The notes under the pieces: model-generated
Databases searched by the model: none
What the model saw: only the letters and a program-made list of their open reading frames with translations
What the model was told of the DNA's origin: nothing
Origin: Candidatus Omnitrophota bacterium
GTDB taxonomy: Bacteria; Omnitrophota; Gorgyraeia; Gygaellales; Profunditerraquicolaceae
DNA length: 64,000 nt
Direction of reading: 5' to 3'
NCBI GenBank assembly: GCA_041651115.1
Contig: JBAZJY010000001.1
Span: 69,165 to 133,164 of the forward strand
Shown here: positions 57,801-64,000 of the stretch, piece by piece
How the letters are laid out: each line of letters starts with the position of its first letter
Numbering within the stretch: position 1 is the first letter of the stretch
Program-made: the position numbers and the translations under genes

Positions 57801-58895
57801 TCTCAAGGTGAAGCCTATGATGCCGTAATGGCAACGTTAACTAAAATAAGAGGTACCCAGGAAAGTCACGGCTATCCGCTCTTTAAAACAAATATCGACA
57901 GAAATAAGGTGGAAGAGGCTTTTTCTGCTAAGAAAGCTACTCAAATAGGTTCGGTTCTTTACGGGTATGATACAGGTGATTATTCTACCGATTACGAAGT
58001 TACCGTTAATTTTAACGAGGCCAATATAACATTAACTTTTTTAAGCAGAGAAGAAAAATATAAATTAGAACGGCCTTTTAGCGAAGAGCGGGTAAGAGGA
58101 CAACTTTTTGCGATTCTTTGGAATATCGGTTGGGCCCACAAAAACATATCGTTTTCGGTTTCCGAAGAAATAGCGATTGATTCAGTAGAAAACCGCCATC
58201 TTCTTGCGGGGCCCGGTACGGATGATGAACATTACCAGGATGAGCCGGGCTATCAAGAACTGAGAGAAGCCTATGATGCAGTTATGGAAAAGATAAAATC
58301 TGCGACAGAAGCCAAGATCAATGAAATAATCAATTGGGTTAAGGAAAATCCGGAAATAAATTTCAAAATAGAAGAAGTTTATGTCCTTGGCGGAACCGGC
58401 CAGGAAGCAGGTATAGTCGGGCGCATTGACCGTGGTATTGCTGAAAAACTTGGACTTGCTTATGGAACGATCAATTTTTTAACGCAAGATATATCCAAGA
58501 AAACGGATAGAAAGAATAATAGCTCGCCGGTACGATCGATGTCCGGAAAAACAGGCGGTATTGATTTCCGTGCTTTACCGATGGCTATTCAGCCTATGGG
58601 GAGTTTTGGTAGTTTGAATTTTACGCTGCCTCAATTAAGCCAGGTGGAGCTTGAGAAAATAGATGTCGCTGCCGAGATACAACAGATCAAGAATATGGTG
58701 CAATCCGGGATTATCCCCTCCGGCGAACGAGTAAAATATCTTATTGCTGCTTGTGAACAAAAAGGGGAAATAAATTCTCAAGTGGACAACCTGTTGTTAT
58801 GCCTTACGGATATTTTTAAGCTGGAAGAAGAAAATGCTAGCGAGAGTTCTCCGGAATTAAGGGAAGCATTGGTAATTGTTGATATGCAGGCCTAA
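54813..58895 (+). CDS. Giant (about 1360 aa) secreted multi-domain repeat protein with guanylate-kinase-like P-loop segments; no confident family assignment
   Basis: The N-terminus looks like a signal peptide (MLNKIISLVLSFGLLFQQISFAQIA). Two roughly 105-aa internal repeats share stretches of identical DNA. GK-like motifs occur (GPSATGKS ... HTTRPMRDGEENGVDFHF; FISPLSEE ... YDIVIVNN). GC content is visibly lower than in neighbouring genes. ATG 54813 follows AAGGGA; the track ORF starts at TTG 54795. Confidence 0.75.
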   Translation: MLNKIISLVLSFGLLFQQISFAQIATELNLSNYLSKISSNIIQEKFRPLHLRYFSYDSLNDNFKILLDKGSVKQLDDVKAQESAKTLLSYFLIGVTLPDEAFWVNLRPDTEDQIIDPSLEKTDVGKIMLEADLQLKKDTALFTSPKTPEGKEYWNKLYKKAGELCGNDNVTIPTLTRPWIVPGEIIVREAKDSAYVYKATLKVMLEQDYLKDSATYSFKDERSKALNEYSSQLIRELIIPKLTKEVNSSKRYAALRQVYYSLILSRWFKLRFSGKTGTYASLINTKNLTNLVSQEAWSKTEYFKQYKKSFAEGEYSIQEPVYTPTGQVIRSYFSGGINVASSAINTQNGAIFLNDNANKLGDVIGGRAVLDLKSINLKPIAVSSPITNPDKVTIEFPIEEWSAYEDQYGLGSGPTIINAVPYALLEEVKRKFGKQVIIDISIFDHESSTDDYGGWKGSYKTKTTLIFSQDIADKIKEVVRKYYPNESFSISLPFHLDEAAILSFKTTVLSLVKNNQRTSLDSLIDSLPQGSAVRNALFNLKHLHGKPTDEAVQRIIKENNLNDAEQAAIVQVPIVLLAQPEVTIELPIDEWSGSEDMYGLGYSTQTNPIPRGFLEEIKSKFSKQVSIDHGIFDSENSEDNVGGWKGSFKTKTTLIFSQDIADKVKEIFRKYYPNESFFVSSPIKDTTEDSSPVSKFVTLPVNKDEQGLDFRDVEKAIASGRMAIAEVSVDWAEKIKKTFPDEVYTIFISPLSEEQITERMRKKGQAREAVIFDEMTGRQRERAIEKPTDEKKQLARAQASIIEMSRQNEYDIVIVNNVLKDLEKDNIRWAGEEGAKVVSKFMGAVDNARKDGKKLILYSGPSATGKSPLWNQIQQRYGDQFSRIVLHTTRPMRDGEENGVDFHFSPVTKDQIEKIGMDWNDTSSKLVKNGWAQQVSPTEVIMLTKIEKEKDKALEAFGDNLTKILQAPVEQLKELEKKINASSPVLNREDDLYIPTSQGEAYDAVMATLTKIRGTQESHGYPLFKTNIDRNKVEEAFSAKKATQIGSVLYGYDTGDYSTDYEVTVNFNEANITLTFLSREEKYKLERPFSEERVRGQLFAILWNIGWAHKNISFSVSEEIAIDSVENRHLLAGPGTDDEHYQDEPGYQELREAYDAVMEKIKSATEAKINEIINWVKENPEINFKIEEVYVLGGTGQEAGIVGRIDRGIAEKLGLAYGTINFLTQDISKKTDRKNNSSPVRSMSGKTGGIDFRALPMAIQPMGSFGSLNFTLPQLSQVELEKIDVAAEIQQIKNMVQSGIIPSGERVKYLIAACEQKGEINSQVDNLLLCLTDIFKLEEENASESSPELREALVIVDMQA

Positions 58896-58913
58896 AATAT
58901 TTTACTTTAAAAA

Positions 58914-58950
58914 GGGGACGTTTCCCGGTAGGGAAACGTCCCCTTTTTGT
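58914..58950 (+). terminator. Rho-independent, potentially bidirectional terminator after the giant gene
   Basis: A 13-bp perfect stem (GGGGACGTTTCCC-GGTA-GGGAAACGTCCCC) is flanked by AAAA upstream and TTTTTGTT downstream. Confidence 0.85.
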
Positions 58951-58970
58951 TGCACCATTTAAAATAACTC

Positions 58971-58998
58971 TTGATTTTTGGATAACCGATGTTATACT
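58971..58998 (+). promoter_or_regulatory. Candidate promoter (TTGATT-16-TATACT) for the coiled-coil gene and aroA
   Basis: Hexamers at 58971-58976 and 58993-58998. Confidence 0.4.
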
Positions 58999-59067
58999 AA
59001 CAACTTAAAGCATAACGAGTTGCGTTATAATCTTATCTATTCTTTTAAATGTAAAAGGAGGGCGGGA

Positions 59068-59919
59068 ATGAGTGAAAGGGCCAAAGTTCCTGTAGTATTG
59101 ATAATCGTGATCCTGGTCGCCGTACTTTCTTTAGGCGCGGCAGGAATGTTATTTTTATCTTTGCAGCAGGAAGTCATGAAAAGCACCGCCTTGCAGGAAG
59201 AGTTAAAGAGCACGAAAGAAATGCAAAAGATGCTCGAGAACAAGATGGAGGAAACAAAGAAAACCGTGCAAAACCTGGAGTCCAAGCTTAAAGATAACCT
59301 TTCACAAATTGAATCTTTATCCAGGGAATTACAGGCAGAGAGGTCGCAGAAGGAAGAGGCCTTAAGCCAGGTGAAAAATTTAAGGGCTGACTTGGAGCAG
59401 CAGCAGTCGCTGCGTTCCGACCTGGAAGGCAAGTTTATTAACGCGCAGGAACAGTTAAAAAATATGGACGCGCAATTAAGCGCTTTAGAAGGCAAGAAGG
59501 CCGAGCTGGAAGTAAAATTAAAGGAACTGGAAGAAAAGTCGCAGGGTGTTGAATTAGGCACGATAGTTGTCGCTCCGGAAACCCCGCCAGCCGCGGAAAA
59601 ACCAGCGCCGGCAAAAAAGGAACCGGCTAAAAAAGCCGCCAGGGCCGAGAAAAAGCAGAAAGCAGCGCCGGCGCCCGTATCCGGGATGGAAGGCAAGATC
59701 CTGGTAGTCAACAAGGATTATAATTTCGTAGTCATCAGCTTAGGCAGCAAAGACGGAATAAATATGGGCGATACATTCGCGCTTTACCACAACAATAAAT
59801 ATCTCGGGGACGCGAAAATCGAAAAGGTCCACGAGTCGATGTCCGCTGCCGGGCTTGTCAGCGAATCCTTGAAGAATAAAGTTGTTGAAGGCGATAAGGC
59901 CATCCGCAAAGAAAAATGA
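59068..59919 (+). CDS. Membrane-anchored coiled-coil protein with a Pro/Ala/Lys-rich linker and a conserved small C-terminal domain
   Basis: A TM helix (VVLIIVILVAVLSLGAAGMLFL), about 150 aa of heptad-like coiled coil, then a PAPAKKEPAKK linker and a C-terminal domain (GKILVVNKDYNFVVISLGSKDGINMGDTF). ATG 59068 follows a GGAGGG RBS. Confidence 0.6.
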   Translation: MSERAKVPVVLIIVILVAVLSLGAAGMLFLSLQQEVMKSTALQEELKSTKEMQKMLENKMEETKKTVQNLESKLKDNLSQIESLSRELQAERSQKEEALSQVKNLRADLEQQQSLRSDLEGKFINAQEQLKNMDAQLSALEGKKAELEVKLKELEEKSQGVELGTIVVAPETPPAAEKPAPAKKEPAKKAARAEKKQKAAPAPVSGMEGKILVVNKDYNFVVISLGSKDGINMGDTFALYHNNKYLGDAKIEKVHESMSAAGLVSESLKNKVVEGDKAIRKEK

Positions 59920-61304
59920 CCCCTTTTTTAATCAGGCCTGCCTGTTGCGCCGGAGGCAAGCTTTCCTTCCCGGGCGATAAGTCCATAGCTCATCGCGCGG
60001 CGATCCTTGCCGCGCTTAGTTCCCCCAAAACAATAATCAGGAATTTTCCCGCTAATGAAGATTGCTTATCCACGTTAAACGCTTTCCGTCGCTTAGGCGT
60101 CAAAATAGTTTTCCATCCTAATGAAAAATTTTCCGGCAGCGTAACGGTTACGGTCTTCGGCAAAGGGTTGTTTAGCCTGTCCGGGCCGCGGCAGCCTGTT
60201 TTTGTCGGCGATTCCGGGACAACGCTACGCTTATTGCTGGGCGTGTTGGCAGGCCAGGATTTCCAGGTTACACTTAATGCCGGAAAATCCCTTTCTAAAA
60301 GGCCGATGCTGCGCGTTACTGCTCCGTTAAGGACAATGGGCGCGGGAATAAGAGCAAAAAGTTCCGCCGCAGGCGGATCCGCCTACGGCGGAAAAAGTCA
60401 AAAATCAAAAACAGAGGAATACCCTCCGATTGCGATCAGCGGCGGCGAGTTAAGGCCGATCGCATACAAGATGCCGGTTGCTTCGGCGCAGGTAAAATCC
60501 GCGATCCTTTTAGCCGGGCTTTACCCCAGGGGAAAAACTTCTGTAATTGAATCTGTCCGGAGCCGCGACCACACCGAGCGGATGATGAAATTATTCAAGG
60601 CAGACGTAAAAACCAAGGGCAGCGTTGTTTTTATAAACGGAGGCAGGAACCTTTCTTCTCCCGGGGAAGTTAATATTCCCGGAGACATTTCTTCGGCGGC
60701 TTTTTTTATTGTCTTGGGCCTGGTTTGTAAGCATTCGCGGCTGCTGCTGCAAAATATCTGCCTTAACCCTACCCGCAGCGGAATAATTAAGGTATTGAAA
60801 AGAATGGGAGGCAATATCCGGGTGTCAGGTGCCAGGTGCCAGGTGCCAGGCGGAGAGCCCGCGGGAAATATTACAGTCCGGCACAGTAATTTAAAAGGAA
60901 CGCGGATCAAGAAGAAAGAGATTCCGTCTTTGATCGATGAACTGCCGGTTCTAATGGTCGCGGCTTGTTTTGCCAAAGGAAAATCAACATTTGAAGGGGT
61001 AAAAGAGCTGCGCGTAAAGGAAACCGACAGGATAAACTCAATGGCGGAAAACCTTACGAGAATGGGCGCGGATATCCGTATAGAAAAGGCCGCAGGTTCG
61101 GAAAATATCATTATCTATGGCACAAAAGGCTTAAGCGGGGCTGCGGTTAAGAGTTTTGGCGACCATCGCACGGCAATGAGTATGGCCATAGCCGGCCTGG
61201 CTGCTAAAGGCGGCACCCTGATTGACGACATTAACTGCGTAAAGAAGTCTTTCCCGCAGTTTTTCTCGGTTTTGGAAAAGGCGACAAAGCCTGCCTTACG
61301 CTAA
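59916..61304 (+). CDS. aroA: 3-phosphoshikimate 1-carboxyvinyltransferase (EPSP synthase)
   Basis: EPSP synthase motifs (KSIAHRAAILAALS ... GDSGTTLRLL ... RVKETDR). The coding sequence contains a GYCAGGY heptamer tract. Confidence 0.9.
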   Translation: MTPFLIRPACCAGGKLSFPGDKSIAHRAAILAALSSPKTIIRNFPANEDCLSTLNAFRRLGVKIVFHPNEKFSGSVTVTVFGKGLFSLSGPRQPVFVGDSGTTLRLLLGVLAGQDFQVTLNAGKSLSKRPMLRVTAPLRTMGAGIRAKSSAAGGSAYGGKSQKSKTEEYPPIAISGGELRPIAYKMPVASAQVKSAILLAGLYPRGKTSVIESVRSRDHTERMMKLFKADVKTKGSVVFINGGRNLSSPGEVNIPGDISSAAFFIVLGLVCKHSRLLLQNICLNPTRSGIIKVLKRMGGNIRVSGARCQVPGGEPAGNITVRHSNLKGTRIKKKEIPSLIDELPVLMVAACFAKGKSTFEGVKELRVKETDRINSMAENLTRMGADIRIEKAAGSENIIIYGTKGLSGAAVKSFGDHRTAMSMAIAGLAAKGGTLIDDINCVKKSFPQFFSVLEKATKPALR

Positions 61305-61312
61305 ATATTCAT

Positions 61313-61341
61313 TTGACATAGGGTTTAAACTCTGTTAAAAT
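61313..61341 (+). promoter_or_regulatory. Sigma70 promoter (TTGACA-17-TAAAAT) for the mreB-mreC-mreD-mrdA operon
   Basis: Hexamers at 61313-61318 and 61336-61341. Confidence 0.6.
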
Positions 61342-61371
61342 TTCCCCATTAACCTTAAAACAGGAGCAGCC

Positions 61372-62445
61372 TTGGGTAAATTCAAGGAATTCGTCACAAC
61401 TCTCACCGATTATTTCTACGGCTTATTATCCAATGACATCGGCATTGACTTAGGCACTGCCACTACCCTTGTTTACGTCAAGGGCGAGGGGGTTGTTCTT
61501 TGCGAGCCTTCAGTAGTCGCGGTTGAACGGGGTACGTCACACGTGCTTGCCGTAGGCGAAGAGGCAAAGCGCATGCTTGGCCGCACTCCCGGCAATATCG
61601 TGGCGATCCGGCCGATGCGCGACGGCGTGATCACGGATTTTGAAATTACCGAAGCAATGCTGCGCCACTTTATCCGCAGGGTGAAGCACCGCCGTTTCCA
61701 GGTCAGGCCGCGCATTGTCATTGCGATCCCTTCAGGCATTACGGAAGTAGAGCGGCGCGCAGTCAAGGAATCAGCAGAACGCGCCGGCGCAAGAGAGGTG
61801 TATCTTGTTGAAGAGCCGGTTGCCGCGGCAATCGGAGTAGGGCTGCCGATTGATGAGCCGCTGGGCAATATGATCATTGATATCGGCGGCGGCACCACAG
61901 AGATCGCGGTGATCTCGCTGGCAGGCATAGTATTTTCCAAGTCCATCCGCATCGGCGGCGACGAAATGAACGAAGCGATCGTTGAGTACCTTAAAAAAAC
62001 ATATAACCTGATGATCGGCGAGCGCACATCCGAAGACATAAAAATAAAGATCGGCTCAGCTTATCCGCTTGAAGAAGAGATGAGCATGGAAGTCAAGGGC
62101 AGGGACCTGGTAGCCGGGCTTCCCAAAACCGTGACCGTGACTTCCGAAGAAATCCGAGAGGCGCTGCAGGAACCTTTACGCGCGATCCTTGAGATCGCCA
62201 AGATTTCGCTTGAACGCACGCCCCCTGAATTGGCAGCGGACCTGATTGAACACGGCATTGTGATGGCTGGCGGTGGTTCGCTTTTAAGGGGCCTGGATAA
62301 ATTGATCTCTGAAGAGACGGGTTTGCCGGTCCATGTTGCCGATGATCCGCTTACCGCAGTAGCCAACGGCACAGGTAAGGTGCTTAATGAAATAAGCTAT
62401 TTGAAAAAAGTTACGGTCCCGATAAAATCCGAAACACATATTTAA
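61372..62445 (+). CDS. mreB: Rod shape-determining protein MreB
   Basis: Actin-like MreB ([14 protein letters not shown] ... [11 protein letters not shown]). TTG start. Confidence 0.95.
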   Translation: MGKFKEFVTTLTDYFYGLLSNDIGIDLGTATTLVYVKGEGVVLCEPSVVAVERGTSHVLAVGEEAKRMLGRTPGNIVAIRPMRDGVITDFEITEAMLRHFIRRVKHRRFQVRPRIVIAIPSGITEVERRAVKESAERAGAREVYLVEEPVAAAIGVGLPIDEPLGNMIIDIGGGTTEIAVISLAGIVFSKSIRIGGDEMNEAIVEYLKKTYNLMIGERTSEDIKIKIGSAYPLEEEMSMEVKGRDLVAGLPKTVTVTSEEIREALQEPLRAILEIAKISLERTPPELAADLIEHGIVMAGGGSLLRGLDKLISEETGLPVHVADDPLTAVANGTGKVLNEISYLKKVTVPIKSETHI

Positions 62446-62462
62446 TTGCCGCAGTATAGAAT

Positions 62463-63236
62463 GTGCTTAAGCTCACAAAGAAAAATCTCTCGTATTTAGC
62501 AATATCCCTCGCAGCCCTGCTTCTTTTATCCTCTTTTTCTCCGGCGTTAAGGCCGTCTTTGACCTCTGCTTTGAAATTTCCCCTTGCGGTATTTTCTTTT
62601 TTCTGGAACGAAGCAGGCGCGCTTATTTTTTTCCATCATAATTTTTCCCAAAATAAAAGGTTTGAACGGGAAAACGGCTTTTTAAGGAACAAGCTCAATG
62701 AAGCCAGCGAAGTTTATCTTGAAAACCAGCGCCTGAAAGAGCTGCTTTCATTTAAACAAAAGACAGAACTTAAAGTGATCGCCTGCCGCGTGATCGGCCG
62801 CAGCGCGGATAACTGGTCTTCCGTGATCATCGTGGATAAAGGCCGGCACAGCGGAATAAAACGGGGGATGGCGGTGATCAATTATCTGGGTTTAGCAGGC
62901 AGGGTTATTGAGACAAGCGGCTCTACCAGTAAGATCATGCTGATCAATGACCCTAACTTGAGCGTATCGGCGATCGTGCAGCGCAGCCGCCAGGAGGGCC
63001 TGGTTACCGGCACGCTGGGAAATTTAATGGTGATGAAATATTTGCCGGCGGACGCGGATATTGAAATTTCCGATACGGTCGTGGCATCAGGCTTAAGCAG
63101 CAGTTATCCCAAGGGTATTTTGATCGGCACGGTAACCAGTATTGCCACTGAATTCTCCGGCTTAAGCCGTTACGCGTTAATAAAACCGGCAGTAAACCTT
63201 TCTAACCTGGAAGAAGTCCTTGTCGTCATACAATAA
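62463..63236 (+). CDS. mreC: Rod shape-determining protein MreC
   Basis: An N-terminal TM helix, coiled coil and a beta-rich C-terminal domain, directly after mreB. GTG start. Confidence 0.8.
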   Translation: MLKLTKKNLSYLAISLAALLLLSSFSPALRPSLTSALKFPLAVFSFFWNEAGALIFFHHNFSQNKRFERENGFLRNKLNEASEVYLENQRLKELLSFKQKTELKVIACRVIGRSADNWSSVIIVDKGRHSGIKRGMAVINYLGLAGRVIETSGSTSKIMLINDPNLSVSAIVQRSRQEGLVTGTLGNLMVMKYLPADADIEISDTVVASGLSSSYPKGILIGTVTSIATEFSGLSRYALIKPAVNLSNLEEVLVVIQ

Positions 63237-63768
63237 TCCGCATACCGGAGGCATGGTGAAGAACCTGGTTTTTTTACCGGCCCTGTTCGTCATTGCGATC
63301 GCGCAGGCAACCGTGCTCAACCACTTCAAATTTTTTGGCGTTAAACCGGACCTCTTTATCGGTTTTGTGGCGGCAGCGAGTATTTACCTTAATTGGAAAT
63401 GGGCGCTTCCCTTTAGCCTGCTGGCAGGCCTGCTCAAGGACCTGTTTGGGACCGCGGGTTTCGGAATAAACGTTTTTCTGTTGCCGTTATGGAGTTATCT
63501 TATCCTGCAATTAGCGGGAAAGATCTCGCTGGATGACCCGGTCGCGGTTTCCGCGGCAGCGTTTTTTACGGCGTTGCTTAACGACATCGCCAGCCGCTTG
63601 TTCTACCTGTATTACGGCAAATACATCAGCCTCGGTATATTTTTACGCATCATGCTTATTGAGCCGGCCTATACGGCGCTGGCCGTATTATTCTTTATCA
63701 GGATCTTTGCCTGCGCCGCAGCTAATTTACGGCGTAAGGAAAACGCAAATGTTGAGGCTCCGGTTTGA
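63220..63768 (+). CDS. mreD: Rod shape-determining protein MreD
   Basis: A small polytopic membrane protein downstream of mreC. Confidence 0.65.
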   Translation: MSSYNNPHTGGMVKNLVFLPALFVIAIAQATVLNHFKFFGVKPDLFIGFVAAASIYLNWKWALPFSLLAGLLKDLFGTAGFGINVFLLPLWSYLILQLAGKISLDDPVAVSAAAFFTALLNDIASRLFYLYYGKYISLGIFLRIMLIEPAYTALAVLFFIRIFACAAANLRRKENANVEAPV

Positions 63769-63770
63769 TT

Positions 63771-64000
63771 ATGCGAATAGGGATTGCGGCTTTACTGCTT
63801 GCGGTAATTTTTTTATTCATTGCCGCCGGTATCTTCAATTTACAGGCCATCCACGGCAGGGAATTCAGAGACCTGAGTAATAATAACTGCATCCGTTTGC
63901 TTCCGCAGGCAGGCTCGCGCGGAAGGATCCTTGACCGCCAGGGCAGAGTGATCGCCGGCAATCGGCTTTCTTACGACGCAATGATCTTGCCGCAGGACCG
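63771..64000 (+). CDS. mrdA: Penicillin-binding protein 2 (peptidoglycan D,D-transpeptidase MrdA), 5' fragment running off the window end
   Basis: Hand translation from ATG 63771 gives MRIGIAALLLAVIFLFIAAGIFNLQAIHGREFRDLSNNNCIRLLPQAGSRGRILDRQGRVIAGN. This matches the PBP2 N-terminus: a TM helix followed by RG.I.DRNG.VLA. It is absent from the ORF track because no stop lies within the window. Confidence 0.7.
   Translation, partial: MRIGIAALLLAVIFLFIAAGIFNLQAIHGREFRDLSNNNCIRLLPQAGSRGRILDRQGRVIAGNRLSYDAMILPQD

Noticed and set aside
59037-59714. 225-aa minus-strand ORF
   Set aside because: It is antisense to the coiled-coil membrane protein gene. Repetitive heptad coding sequence produces an open antisense frame with no RBS or motifs.
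61473-62039. 188-aa minus-strand ORF
   Set aside because: It is antisense to mreB, one of the most confidently identified genes in the window.

Overview
This 64-kb window is a chromosomal segment of a bacterium at roughly 50% GC. The lineage cannot be assigned from the sequence alone. Almost every gene is on the + strand. Genes run in this order: an HMGL-like aldolase and eda, a CheY-like regulator, an ArfB-like GGQ protein with an unusual C-terminal extension, two tandem PilZ proteins, rpsO-pnp, ftsK, rodZ, rimO-pgsA-pgpA, then thpR and a CinA C-terminal-domain gene on the minus strand. Next comes a riboflavin operon behind an FMN riboswitch, in the order ribBA-ribH-nusB-PHP-ribD-ribE. This is followed by tRNA-Pro(CGG), preceded by 60-bp tandem repeats that each carry its 5' end. 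Then come small regulator and phosphoesterase genes, ligA, a lipoprotein, an MBL hydrolase, xerD, cca-rbfA-nrnA, a TPR membrane protein and ribF. A complete division and cell-wall cluster follows (mraZ-rsmH-ftsL-ftsI-murE-murF-mraY-murD-ftsW-murG-[HExxH protein]-murC-murB-ddl-ftsQ-ftsA); it ends without ftsZ. After it come yggS-proC-mtnP-ileS-dksA-like-lspA-lgt-rluD, a 4.1-kb low-GC gene for a roughly 1360-aa secreted repeat protein with guanylate-kinase-like segments, a coiled-coil membrane protein, aroA, and mreB-mreC-mreD with the start of mrdA. The most notable non-coding features are: (1) an identical 74-bp palindromic element present at two loci; (2) a 317-bp insert bounded by 25-bp inverted repeats between ftsL and ftsI; (3) a 92-nt three-stem hairpin upstream of xerD; (4) a 54-bp perfect palindrome after lgt; (5) heptanucleotide repeat tracts at the start of a lipoprotein gene and inside aroA; and (6) a GTGG-N6 triple repeat, MraZ-operator-like, in the mraZ promoter. 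No CRISPR array, rRNA or clear prophage is present.
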